64,000 bases of DNA from Octopus vulgaris. Lineage: Eukaryota. The notes under the pieces were generated by a model, which saw only the letters and a list, made by a program, of their open reading frames with translations, was not told where the DNA came from and did no database searches. This document shows positions 9,981 through 24,400 of this stretch, in pieces (position 1 is the stretch's first letter; the number at the start of each line of letters is the position of its first letter). The stretch lies in NCBI GenBank assembly GCA_951406725.2, contig OX597818.1:95604001-95668000 (forward strand), given 5' to 3'. The translations under genes were made by a program, and so were the position numbers.

Positions 9981-12900
9981 GCCATGGCCTTTCCACTTTA
10001 AATGTTGCTACATCCAAACTAAAACATTGAAGTGAAAAGAAAACTGGTTCAAACTTGCATAACCTTTATAGAGGAATAGATGTTTAGTTTGCTACCAAAC
10101 TGTGTAATTGAGAAGATGAAACTGAATTGTAATGCTGAAATGATGGAAAATTATGATTATGTTGATAATTCTTCAAAAGATTCCCTCCGTTTTTCAGAAA
10201 ATATCTGTCCACAAAACTATTTCTTCTCTATCAAAAGCGCCACCTTTTTTATCACTTCATGATTCTGTTTCTGTTTTCAAGTGTCTATGTCTTCTGTCTA
10301 TATCAGTCTAAATATATTGTGATATCAGTTTGGACACCCACTCTGCTACACAGCTTTAATATTGAACGTTTCATTGGTTACATATAAAGGTCTGTGAATT
10401 AGTGCATAACGATGATGTTGAAGAAACAAACTAAAAAATATTACATTTCAGTTTCTTCCTGTTGCTCAGGGCATTGTGGGTACTTTTATGCATGCACACA
10501 CACACGCACACACTGTATTTGCTGGTCTATAAGACACTCTTTCATAAGACAAACCCATACTTTTTTGTGGAGAAAAAGGTATATTTTGTGTATAAACGAA
10601 TTTAATATGCTTCATCATACACTCATCCACTCACTATCCCACCTGTAATACAATTGCATTAGATGCATACCAATGTTTTTTTACAATTCAAAATAAAAAT
10701 GCTCATCTGATACACTGGCGAATTCGGTGGATACACATACATATACGTACATATATATGTGAATGCACACACACACACATATGTATGTATAAACATAAAA
10801 TATTTATATAGAATTTATCTCCTTGATTAACAAACCAAAGGGTGGTGCCATGTGAAAAGCGCCCACCATACTCTGTAAAGTGGCTGGTGTTTGGAAGGGC
10901 ATCCAGCCATAACAACCAAGCCAAATAACACTGGAACCTGGTGCAGCTGTCCTGCTTGCCAGCTCTGGTAAAACTGTCCAATCCATGCCAATATGGAAAA
11001 TGGATGTTAAAGGATGATGCTGATAAAGATGATGAATACATTATGTAACTTTACATCTCAATTGATTTCTGTCTTCTTCATTTTTTAAGTAAGAGTACTT
11101 GGAAGATATATAATATTTAATGCTGCCCTTATATTTCTGGAAATCATGACCGAGCAAAAATTATAGTAAAGTGAAAGGTAAATTACATGGTCAGAACCCA
11201 ATAGCATTGTAACATGATTTTTGTCTTTCAGTAGTAACTGTTATTTCCTCTTTGCTTACTCCCAGAAAGTATGAAAAATGGCTAATATTTCCTTCAAACT
11301 TTGCTTTTGTTACATTTATTCAAACCTCAAAGTATGCCTCTCAACACATAGCTACGATGCTCCCCCATTACTCCTGCTCATGATCAGAGATGCATGTATT
11401 GTCAGCCACTAAGGGGCATGCTCAAGTGATTAAGTCCAAGCCACTGATAAGTAAATCTGGTATTGAGCAGAATATCTGCTATGATATTTCTGCTTCGGCA
11501 ACTCAGCACTGAATCTATCTGAAATGTAATGGAAAATAGGTCAGTTTCAAAACAATGATGTCCAGGTCTCAGAAGCAAAATTTAAAGGGAATAGTAGTAA
11601 TTTCCTTTGATTTCTAGATAGAAGCAAATAGGAAATAACACTCACTGGCCAAAAACAAAAACAAAAAAATTATTATACAATGTAATCTATACTACAAAAT
11701 TAATAATAGTAAAATAAAAAAGAACAAAAACAAAAATAAATAATAGCATAAGCAATAATAAACAAGTGGACTAATGAAATAAATAAATCAACTCGATCTA
11801 ATTTGGACTATGAATATATTAAAAACCCATTAATGATAAATTCTAGATTTTGTAGGTTTTAAGCCTATTGAAATAATCAAAGAAGTTAAAGCATATGTAA
11901 TGTTGTATTTGACTGAGTCATCTGCATGAAACCCTCAGCCCTTGAGTCACTCTGTGATCAATTCTGTTAAGATTGATCCTGATCCTCATGGAATAGATGA
12001 AAAACTGAGACGATTGGCAGTTTACTGTGCTTGAGAAGATCAGTCTATTACAGCAAAAAATAATGTTCTAAAAGCTTTCTGTTCATGCTTGTAATCCACT
12101 CTGCTACATCAAGCATCCCCCACATTTCATTTCCCTAACACCTAGCTCTTTACCACTCCTCTGTCTATGGCACTACTCAGCAACTGTAATCTTGAGAGCA
12201 GAATTGGCACATATTTACTCTCTCCTCATTTCTTTGCACTGTTGCCTCCTCCACCCCTCCATTGGAACCTTCTATCCCTTATTATCCTCTCTTCCCTTCC
12301 CACTCTAATTTCATTGATCACTTCCTTTCTGTGCCTTCAATTATTTCTCTCCTCTGCCATATTCCATTTTAACACCCTTCTCATGTCAGCCATCACACCC
12401 ACACACTATAGCAACCCTATATCTTCCTCCCCATCACTCTTACATCTTCTGATCTATTCTCCTCCCTTAGCCACTTATATTTCTCACCTTATTCATCTCC
12501 ATACTATTTCCCATCAACTGCACTTCCCCACTTATTCATCATCCACTACCTTAACCCCACCCCCCTCCTAACCATCTGTTATCTCCTCTCACACTCTGTT
12601 GAAACTACCTGTGCTTTCATCCATTGTCCATATCATCTTTTCTGCTCACCTTCTTGTACCATGAGAGTTTTCTCCATCATCCTCTCCCTACAATCTTTAA
12701 CTTCTCAGCTACTCCCACCCCACCTTATATAATATTGGATAGCCATGTCTCCTTTATAGCAAGACACCTGTGCTTGTCCCTCTATCATACTTTAGTCTTT
12801 CAAAGACTGGCATAAAGCCACTTACCTGTCAAATACTCATAGGATCCTTCCTTTTTCCGTCTTGCAAGTTACTAAGCAACATCACTGGTGCTGGTAGCAT

Positions 12901-14691
12901 TAAAGAAAAGCACCCAATACATACTGTAAAGTGGTTAGCATAAGTTAAGGGCTTCCAGCCATAGAAACCATACCAAAGCTGACACAAGAGCTAAGTGTAG
13001 CTTTGCAGCTTACCAGATCTTGTCAAACCATTCAACCCATGCCAGAATGATACAAGAACATTAAATGATGATAATATATTTGTGAATCATTGTTTTAATG
13101 GCCTCCTGTCCATGTTTGCATGGATTGGACAGAGTTTATATCCATATCTGCAGATTTTCTATGACTGGATACCTTTCTGTCACCAGCCAGCACCTGTTTT
13201 CTTGCTAGTTTTTATTTCCTTATAGCCAGACATGTTTTCACAGAAGATTGGAAATGAAGTACATCTAGAGGAGTAGTAACTCTAAATGACTTGGGTTCTA
13301 GTAACGTGTCCAGTCCATGCCACCATGGAAAAGTAGGAAAGTAGGTGCAAAATGATGATGATCATTATTATTCTATTTGAAGAACTTTCAATATTTCTGG
13401 TTATTTGCAGATAATTATGCAAGTTTTAATGGATTTAAATATGACAAATTTGTAAAATTCTACAATTTTGTACTTTTACCCAAGAGATTATTTCATATAA
13501 GCTTTAACTAAAAGAGAAAATCAATTTGCTATTTTCTTAAAACTATTTCTATATTGCTTCAATAGCCTTAAAACCATTTTTATACAGCTTTTTGTTGTTA
13601 GTAAATAATATTTAATCTAAAAAAAAAATGGTGCCATATATGAAAGACGTGTTTTATATTTGATTATTTATATGAAATATCTCTATGTATTCTTCTTTAT
13701 GTCATCAAATCTAGACAGCCAACACTGTCAGCCATCATCACTATTTGTCATCACTATCAGCTTGGCCATCAATTCATTGATTCAATACTCATTTTTTAAA
13801 ATTCTATTTTAGCTTCCCACAAGACTATTCTTACTAGAGTTCTCTCGTGACATTTTTCTCTTCCATTTTACTGGACATTTCTTACCCTAAGGGTGGTTTT
13901 GTTATTTCTTCTTTCCCTTTTTAAAACAGCTCATCATCACAAAAAAAAAACACAAAAAAACTATGATGAATATGATAGATGATTGGTGGGTACAGACATG
14001 TCTTTAATATAATATTTTTCTTTCATCTTATGCTTAAAATTGCATAAATTTCATGCTTTTATTTTTTTCTTCAGATATTTCCAAATGAATTTTGTATATT
14101 TTAAAAAATATTTACCTCTACCAAATCATTGTTGCTGATTCATCATTATTGTAACATATTTATTTTTGCTCATCTTTAATTCTGTAATATTTTCTGATCT
14201 GTTTTACAAGTGCCATGCAATATTGCATTTCTGTAACTGCAGCAAGTCTTTTCAGTTGCGATTTCAAATGTGTATCAAATTATTATCTCAAGTAAAATAT
14301 TGTTGAATACTGTTGAAAATATGTTGCCCTTATATATATATGTGTTTACACACAACGGCCTTCTTTCATTTTCTGTATATCAGATCTAGTCACAAAGCTT
14401 TGGTCAGCAAAGAGTTTTGTATGTGTGTGTGTGGGTGTGCATGCATGTATCTGTATTTCACCTGTCTTTACTTGTCCACTGACTGTATACAAAAGCAACA
14501 AACCGTGAAATTACATCTGGACTTCTTGACATGTCTTGACATGCTGTGTGATCTTTATGAACAGAAACGACTTGTAACCATGTCCTGACTGTTTTGGCAA
14601 CAAAAAGAATATCTGGCTGTAGAAAATTTGCCTCAATGAATTCTGTCTGCCCCATGCAAGCATGGAAAGTGGACATTAACATGATGACAGT

Positions 14692-14730
<39 letters not shown>

Positions 14731-15330
14731 ATGCATTTGTCCTTGCATGAAACACCCAGTGCACAATAATTATCATTTAGAAATGAAAATTTGTTGCATA
14801 TAATCTATATCTGTTGATTTTTATTGGCAGATTTTGTTTTTCTATATCTGACTGTATGTTTTTTTTAATCAAAACACAAATGTGGTGTACTCCTTCACAT
14901 ACACACACACTTGGTAAATTATTAAAACAACAGGAAAAATCATGATTTCTGTTTTATTAAGAAATGTATGTAAAGTATTTTTACAAAATGATATAAATTA
15001 TTATAATAAGAGCTATGTTAAAATCCGCCCCCACCAAAACGGGAAAACAATATTGACGTATAAATCATATAAAGATGTCAAAATATAAATAGGATTATTA
15101 AGTTTGATAATGTTTTGGTGACTATTTGGTATTAGCATGGAATGATTTGTCAACACTGAGGTGACATGTGGCACAATAAGATAAATGGCCTCAGTGTCAA
15201 TGCTCTGACAGAGAGGTCTTGCAATGGCTTTGATATCGTGTTTGTACATGACTCGGAGAGCTTTATATAAAATGTGAATTAAGATTCTGAATGGTTTTCA
15301 TAAATAGAGATGGCAGGTGTGGGTTAAGAA

Positions 15331-15414
15331 TCATTTGAGTGTGTAATCAGCAAGGTACTGTGAACGTTCTAGAGTTGCCAAGTAGAGATTTTCTCCAAAC
15401 AAAAATTCCTGGTC
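15331..15414 (-). CDS. FBF1: FBF1 last coding exon
   Basis: ctggacag|GAC CAG GAA TTT... DQEFLFGENLYLATLERSQYLADYTLK*. Confidence 0.8.
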   Translation of the reverse strand, partial: DQEFLFGENLYLATLERSQYLADYTLK

Positions 15415-18400
15415 CTGTCCAGAAAAGCAAAAACATGTATTTCATTATTTCATATAATAAAGGCAATTTGCAGCAAAAATTTTATAGTTGGGTATTAAAG
15501 GTATATTAAATCAGATACATCTGGTCACTTAAGTACAAATTTCCCACCAGGCAGGATTAGGTAGATTAAGAGCAGCCAATATCTTACAGCTCTTTCATTT
15601 GTATAAAAGACATTTCAGCACCTTTCTGAGTAGAATGTTTTGAAATTGTATACAGCACAGATATGATTGTATAGTTGAAACCCCCATAAACATGACTGTC
15701 TTAAATCACACTCTACTGTGTTATGAATGTATACATGAGCCAATGAAGTAGACTTCTGTGTGTTAGCTAGGCCTGCAATAAAAAACAGTCAAGTCATCCT
15801 TAAATTATACCTACTATCTTGTATATGTATGTATAAGGGTGACCTTTGTGTGGTAGCTCAACTTGTATGAAACAGAAGCTGAATCATCCTCAATTCCCAC
15901 ACAAGCCTTATGTATGTGTGTATGTATGTGTTGACTTGATAGAAATAGCAACCAGATTACCTTCAAGTTACTCTCTTATGTGTATATATATAATAAATAC
16001 ATGATTCAAAGGCAGAGATCTCTACATTGTAGCCAGATCTGATAGAATAGAATAGCAGCCAAATCTCTCTCACATCAAAGTCTATTATGTATAATCTAAA
16101 AAAGAACACTATATAGTAGCACAACCTACTAAAAATAGTAGCTAATTTATCATATTACACTATTGTTTTACTGTGTGTGTGTGTATATATAGTTCAAATG
16201 TACAGAAAACAAAAGACAAAGATAGGTGAGGGAACAACAAGCAGGTGTATTAGTTTGATTCTTGGGAAGAATGGAAAAGTCTCTGATGTTTCAAGCCTAT
16301 GCTCTTTGACAGAAAGGGACGAGAGAGAAAAACAAATTATACATACAGGTAATCGAGGTAGTCAGAGATAAGGTAATCGAGGTAGTCAGAGTAAGTGATA
16401 AAGTACTTAAGATTAGATTAGTGCTTCACCATAGGTCAACTACCATCATCTCAGCATATGCCCCTCAACCAGGGCTACCGGAAGGACAGAAAGACCAATT
16501 CTATGACACCCTATTGCGGACTACCTCGTTGACAAATGACAGTGACCTTCTCTTTATGGCAGGTGATTTCAATGGACATGTTGGACGGCATGTCGGGGGC
16601 TTCCATGGCGTTCATGGAGGCTACGGTTTTGGCTCTCGAAATGAGGAGGGAACCAGGCTGCTGGAGTTCTGCGATGCAAATGACCTTATGGTTTGCAATA
16701 CCAACTTCAGGAAACCCACCTCTCACCTAGTCACCTACCGTTCTGGCAGACACACTAGTCAGATTGACTGCATCCTCGCCAGAAAGAGGGAAAGAGGGCT
16801 GCTTATAAATGCCAAAACCTTTCCAGGCGAAGAATGTACTCCTCAACATAGATTAGTAGTTAGCGACATCAGGATCAGAGCTAAATGGTTGCCCAGAAGA
16901 AGACCAGCTTGGAGGAGAAGGGTCTGGAAGCTTAAAGATCCTGCAAATGGACAGAGATTTAGAGACATACTACTCGAAGCCTTTGACGAAATAGAAGGGG
17001 ATATAGCTTCACTTAATGTGGAAGACAACTGGAGATTTCTACGGGACAATCTGCTGACAGCCACTGACCAGATCTGTGGATGGAGCAAAGTCCCATCTCA
17101 ATCCAGAGTAACGTGGTGGTGGAACAGTGTGGTTGACAGGGCTATTAGACAAAAGAAACAGGCTTGGAGGGACTGGAAGAACGGTGGTAGCAGGGAATTG
17201 TATCAGACAGCCAGAAGGGAAGCTAGGAGACAGGTTTATTTAGCCAAAGGGGAAGCGGATAAGAAAAAATTTGCCAATGTTCTGCGCCGTGAGGATGAAA
17301 GACTTGAGATATTTCGTGTTGCAAGACAGTGTGTGAGAGAGAATCGTGATGTGTTAGGAGAGAAATGTGTCCGCATGGATGATGGTTCACTTGCGCTAAA
17401 TGAGGATGCAAAGAGAGAGGTTTGGAGATGCCACTATGAAAGGTTGCTGAATAAAGAAAATGAATGGGATAAAGAGAGTCTGCCAAATGTCAACCCAACA
17501 GAGGGACTAGCCATCCAAGTTGACAATTCTTTGATAGTTAAAGCAATTAGAAGCATGAAGACAGGGAAAGCCCCAGGCCCATCAGGAATTACTGCAGAGA
17601 TGCTCAAAATATCTGGCAGTGTCGGCTATAACCTAGTCACCCGTATAGTTAACCAGGTGATACACGAAGGAGTCATACCCAATGACTGGTGTAGCAGCAT
17701 ACTAGTCAACTGCTACAAAGGTAAAGGAGACGCCCTAGATACAAATAATTATAGAGGTATCAAGCTGTTGGATCAGGTAATGAAGGTTACAGAGAAGGTC
17801 ATAGCCCAACTGGTTAGGGAGAGAGTCAACTTGGACGAGATGCAGTTTGGTTTCATGCCAGGGAAAAGCACCACTGATGCCATATTTCTGGTGAGACAGC
17901 TGCAGGAGAAATACCTAGCCAAAGATAAGCCCCTGTACCTGGCTTTTGTTGACATGGAGAAAGCCTTTGACAGGGTCCCCCGATCCCTTATCTGGTGGTC
18001 AATGAGGAAACTAGGGATAGACGAATGGCTGGTGAGGGCTGTGCAAGCCATGTACAGGGATGCCGTAAGTAAGGTTAGGGTTGGCAACATGTACACAGAA
18101 GAATTCAAAGTAGAGGTTGGGGTCCACCAGGGTTCAGTACTCAGCCCCTCCTATTTATCATAGTCCTCCAGGCAATTACGGAGGAATTCAAGACAGGTTG
18201 CCCCTGGGAGCTCCTATATGCTGACGACCTTGCTCTAATTGCTGAGTCACTATCAGAACTGGAGGAGAAGTTCCAGGTGTGGAAGGAAAGTCTAGAATCG
18301 AGGGGCCTTAGAGTCAACCTAGCTAAAACCAAAGTACTAATAAGTAGGAAGGTAGACAATCCACAAATGTCTTCAGGAAGATGGCCCTGTTCGATCTGTA

Positions 18401-21400
18401 GAAAAGGTGTAGGTAGAAACTCTATAAGATGTACCCAGTGTAAGCTATGGACACATAAGAGGTGCAGCAATATCAAAGGAAGGCTAACTGGGAAAATAGT
18501 TTTTATATGTGGCAGATGCTCAGGAGCAATAAACACCTGAAAATGTGCAGAGAACAACTTCCGCCATATTCCAGGGAGAAAAACTAGAAGTAGTTGATAG
18601 CTTCCGTTATCTTGGTGACCAAGTCAGTAGTGGGGGTGGGTGTGCTGAAAGTGTAATGGCTAGAGTAAGAATAGCCTGGGCAAAGTTTAGGGAGCTCTTA
18701 CCTCTGTTGGTGACTAAAGGCCTCTCGCTCAGAGTAAAAGGCAGACTGTATGATGCATGTGTACGAACAGCCATGCTACATGGCAGTGAAACATGGGCCG
18801 TGACTGCTGAGGACATGCGTAAGTATGCTCTGATGGATGTGTAATGTCAGTGTGCATGCTCGACAGAGCGTTAGTACCCTGAGAGAAATGTTGGACCTAA
18901 GGAGCATCAGTTGTGGTGTGCAAGAGAGACGATTGCGCTGGTATGGTCATGTGGCGAGAATGGATGAAGATAGGTGTGTGAAAAAGTGCCAATCCCTAGC
19001 AGTGGAGGGAACCCGTGGAAGAGGTAGACCCAGGAAAACTTGGGCTGAGGTGGTGAAGCACGACCTTCGAACTTTAGGTCTCACTGAGGAAATGACCTGC
19101 AACCGAGACCTTTGGAGATATGCTGTGCATGAAAAGACCAGGCAGGACAAGTGAGTCCAGCCCACTTATGCATGCCTTTCCTCCCTTGGACACACAAAGA
19201 CCTGTTGAGGCAAGCGAAGTCGATATCGAACCTCATCCGACGACAGGTACCTATGCCAACCCCACTTTGCTTGCGAAGACCTGTTGGGGCAAGTGAAATC
19301 GAAATCGAAATTGAACCAATCCTATGACTGGCATCCGGCAGATGCCAGGACCCCTGGACTGGAGATACGTAAAGAGCACTATCCGAATCGTGGCCGATGC
19401 CAGTGCCGCCTCGACTGGCTTCTGTGTCGGTGGCACGTAAAAAGCACCATCCGAATCATGGCTGAAGCCAGTGCCGCCTCGACTGGCTTCTGTGCAGGTG
19501 GCACGTAAAATGCACCAACCCAACCGTGGCCGATGCCAGCCTCGCCTGGCTCCAGTGCAGGTGGCACGTAAAAAGCACCCACTACACTCACGGAGTGGTT
19601 GGCGTTAGGAAGGGCATCCAGCTGTAGAAACATTGCCAGATAAGACCGGAGCCTGGTGCAGCCTCCTGGCTTCCCAGATCCCCGGTTGAACCGTCCAACC
19701 CATGCTAGCATGGAGAACGGACGTTAAACGATGATGATGATGATGATGATATATAGGAACCTAGAAGAGAGCCTCTACACGATATAAGTACCAATTTGAG
19801 ATAGGAAAAGAAAAGGACTCAAACTACATATCTATTGTTCTTACTTTTGTGGTTAAGGAGTGTCTCTGTAACTCTAGGCTGATAAAAAACTAGTCAATGG
19901 ATTTGGCGGACAGAAACTAAAAGAAGCCAGTCATATGTTTGTACATATTTATATGTAATGTATGTATGATGTGCATGTGTCTTAAATATTCTCCAATTAT
20001 TGTGAGCTACAAGTGGTGACATTGCTGTGATTTCTCCTGTTAACAAATCACCTGCTGCTTAGTGACAGGAAGGACATTTGGCTGTAGAACAATACTTAAT
20101 ACATTCATCTACCACATGCTGGCATGGGAAAAATAGACATAAAAATTAAATTGCGTACTAGGCTTACTGTGTTATGCTGTAGAATGCCTGTTATTGATTC
20201 TAAAATTAAGTATGATAAATGTTTATCTGCTCTTTAATCATACTGTTTAACATCTCATTTGGTTCATAGATAATTGGACAGACACTCAGTACTAGCAAAG
20301 AATATTAACACAACAAAGGGCGGCGAGCTGGCAGAAACATTAGCACGCCGGGTGAAATGCTTAGCAGCATTCCGCCGAGGCTGACTTTGCCTTTCATCCT
20401 TTTAGGGTCGATTAAATAAGTACCAGTTACGCAGTGAGGTCGATATAATTGACTTAATCCGTTTGTTTGTCCCCTTTGTGTGTAGCCCCTTGTGGGCAGT
20501 AAAAAAATAAGAATACTAACACAACAAGAAAACCACATTTTAGAAGACTGCAATGAAAATCAGTTCCCAAAACAAATCATAAATAAATCTGGTTTTTATT
20601 TTATCTTTCATCTTTTACTTGTTTCAGTCACTGGACTACAGCCATGCTGGAGCACCACCTTGAAGGGGTTAGTCAAACAAATCGATCCTAGTACTTATTT
20701 TTTAAAGTTTAGTACTTACTGAACTGCTAAGTTATGGGGATGTAAATAAACCAATATTGATTGTCAAGCAGTGGAGAAAAAACAAACACACACACACATG
20801 ATGGGCTTTCACATAGTTTCTGATTATCAGATTCACTCACAAGACACTGGGTGGCCAGGAGCCATGGTAAAGAAACTTGCTCAAGGTGCTGTGCAGTGGG
20901 ACTGAACCTTGTAGTTGCAAAAAGAGCTTAACCACACTGTCATACCTACAGCTACTATGGTTAAGATTTTTCAATAAATGATAGACAATATATAAACACA
21001 ATATGAGTCAGACAAAAAGATTAAATAACAAATAAATATTTATAGTTCTTTTCTTTTAGAAATTGAGACAAAAGCTCTGTAGTATAAACAGCAATGTATT
21101 TGTTGGCAAATGATAGATTTGTGGTTCGAGACTCATCATTGAGCATGTTTTTGTGTTTTAAATGAGTGATTATAATGACTAATGTAATTTATATTAAAAT
21201 CTTAGGTGCTAATTTATTATGTTTAAGGCAGTGAGCTGGCAGAATTGTTTACTGTGCCAGACAAAATACTTGACAGCGTTTCTTTTGGCTTTATGCTCTG
21301 AGTTCAAATGTCATTGAGGTTAACTTGGCCTTTCATCAATTTTGGGTCACTAAAATAAATACCAGTTCAGCACTGGCTTGATGGAATTGACCAGTCCTTC

Positions 21401-24400
21401 CCCACAACATGTCTTGTGTCTATAGTAAAAAGCTAGAGAAATAATGGTTGTGACTAGTGTTAGTGACAAGTAAAAGGCATCCAGTAACTATGTAGAGTGG
21501 TCAACATTAAAAAGGGTATCCAGTCACAGAAACCAAGCCAAAACAGATGACTGGAGCCTGGAGCAGCTCTCTGGCTTACCAGCTCTGATCAAACTGACAA
21601 ACCCATGCTAGCATGGCAAACAGATGTTAAATGAAGATAATTGTGTGAGTTGTTTTTTTTTAGCTCACCTCTCTACTCTCTATAATATAGAGACTTCTTT
21701 TGTTCCCAGTAACTGTGTAATGCCAATGGGAATTTATTAGCTAAGTTCACTTCATGTATTATGTAGAGAAATGACTTATCAGCCATAGTGAAAGTGATCT
21801 TTCAAGGAAGTCAGGCACTCGGAACAAACACAACAGTGATAATAGAGGAGAGATTCCTCAAGCTGCAGTGTGGGCAATTTGTCTGTAAACACTGATACAG
21901 ATTAGATAGGAGTTATTAGACCATCTGTAAACAATCTACCAAGATACTACTTGAAGCATGCTAAAATATACCCAGTCCATGTTGTAAAGAAGTTAGTGTT
22001 AGCTGTAAAAAATAATCAACAAACAATAAAACATGACATGCATAACAATGATAGCAGTTTTGTTGTGGCATGTACTAAATGACAAAAGACTGGGTCAAGT
22101 GATAAGATACTGAGAGACCAATCTTACTCATGTCAACAGAAAAACAAAATCTAAAATGATGATGATGGTGACATATATAGGCATAGGAGTGGCTGTGTGG
22201 TAAGTAGCTTGCTTACGAACCACATGGTTCTGGGTTCAGTTCCATTGCATGGCATCTTAGGCAAGTGTCTTCTACTATAGCCTTGGGCTGACCAAAGCCT
22301 TGTGAGTGGATTTGGTAGACAGAAACTGAAAGAAGCCCCCGTTGTATATATGTATATATATATGTATGTGTGTATGTTTGTGTGTCCCCCCCAACATCAC
22401 TTGACAACCAATGCTGGTGTGTTTACGTCCCCATAACTTTCCTGGTTCAGCAAAAGAGACCGATAGAATAAGTACTAGGCTTACAAAGAATAAGTCCTAG
22501 GGTCAATTTGCTCGACTAAAGGCAGTGCTCCAGCATGGCCACAGCCAAATGGCTGAAACAAGTAAAAGAGTATATATATTATATTAGTCTTACCTTAAGA
22601 GAATGTATCTTCCATTGTGTTAGCCAGTTGTCAGTTACCATACTGTCCAATGTATCTTGGAAGTTTGTCTGTTGCAGTGTGTTGCTCACTTGGACAGGAA
22701 CAAACATAGATGGAAGTTTCTCTGAAGTTTTTAAACTTGCAGCCATAGTGGAAAGTCCTTGAGTTGCCAACTTGGTTTCAGTCATTGGTACTCGGCACCG
22801 GAAGCAAAGATGGCTCTTACGTAGTTCTTCCAAACCCTGTCTCTCATGATGCATTTTGATCTGTTGTTCAGCCAGTTCTTTTTCCCTTTCAGTCAACAAA
22901 TCCATCTGCTTCAGCAAGTCTTTCCATCGTTGTTTATGCTCCATATCAAGTTTGCTGCTTTTGGTGAGGGCTAACTCACCTTCGTCTTTTACTCTGTTGG
23001 CATTCTAAATTGGGAAAGACAACAAGAAAATCACCGTCAGCAGCTGGTGAGAGAGAGATCATCCCACTGGCTTTAATGAAATACCAGTAATACACTGAAT
23101 TAAAAAAAAAAACATCTATACACCTTTAGCCTCTTCAAAGTAAGGGGAAAGAGTACTGCACCAAAGAAAGATATAAAATATTGTTGGGAAAGGTTGACAG
23201 TGTAAAAAGACTTCTTGTTTTGGCAAGGACTGTATTATAATTCTCACCATTCTTTAATTCCACCATTCATCTCCCAAACACTCATTCCCTTTTCTTATCA
23301 ACTGTATTATTCTGCTGTCATAAGTAATGAAAGCAGAACTTATTACTGTATACAATATAATATCATCATTTTTGTACTGCCACCTCTACTCTCAGTCACC
23401 ACTCCCTCTCCTCTGAGCTACTCCACTCATTCTTATCCCCATCTCATTATTACCACCAACCACCCCCATCTCAGTCTTCCATATACTATGTTTACTCCTA
23501 TAAACATCTGACTACCTCAATCCCATATTTTCTATCCATCCCTCACACTCTTACAACCTTATCCACCCTTGATTCTTCTGTCTCTATGCTCTTTTCTAGT
23601 CACCTTGTTAGATACATTATGTTGAGGGTACACTCTGGCACCTCATCACCACAATGTACACCTCTTCTTTCGATACCACTCCTGCCACTCCCACCAACCT
23701 ATGTAAAATGTGAAGCAGCCACAAATCTCTCCCTACACTTTTGAAGAAGACAGCAGGAAAAAAACAGAAGAAAGAGAGGTATGAAATGGTAAGGGCACTG
23801 AGGTGAGTTGTGTATAGGGGATCCAGAGCTATACTCATATAAAGGCAAGTATGGACAAAAGGTGCAAGGGAACATGAAAACATGAAGAAGAGAAATAGAT
23901 TAGGGTGGTGAGGATTCAGAGAGAGCCATTGAAGGAAAGAGAGGTGAGAGATATGGCAGGTAGGTGAATGAGGGAGAGATGAAAAAATGTTGAGGTAGCA
24001 GAGAAACTGTGGGAAGACTGCAAGAGAAAATGAAGCAGAGAGAGAGAGAGAGAGAGAGAGAGAGTGTGTGATGGAAATATGGACTGAACAGTGACAACAC
24101 TAACATTATCACTTTGAGAGAGCTTTCAAGGTCATCAAGATAATTGAAAGAAAGAAAAAGACTGCAGTTAATCAATGGAAGATATTGCCATGGACATGGT
24201 ACAAATGAATCCCCAAACCCATCATCATCATCTGCTGCTGCTTGGGTCAGACAAGATTTGTTCAGGCAGATTTTTTACAGTTAGATGATCTTCCCGTCAC
24301 CAACCTTCAAATGTTTCCAACCAAGATGTTTCACACGGTCAGACATGCTTTCACAGAAGACTGCAAATAAACAACACTACTTGTATGGCGAGAATGTTAA

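Noticed and set aside
12167-12815. Hydrophobic/Pro-Ser-rich ORFs (also 23215-24175, 30487-30882, 31716-32009)
   Set aside because: Low-complexity pyrimidine/purine-skewed tracts with no splice-consistent structure or recognisable domain.
16511-19165. Multiple antisense and alternate-frame ORFs over the RTE LINEs
   Set aside because: Shadow ORFs of the LINE coding strand.
19355-19580. Regularly spaced repeats resembling a CRISPR array
   Set aside because: The spacers are homologous to each other, the context is a eukaryotic LINE 3' UTR, and there are no cas genes.
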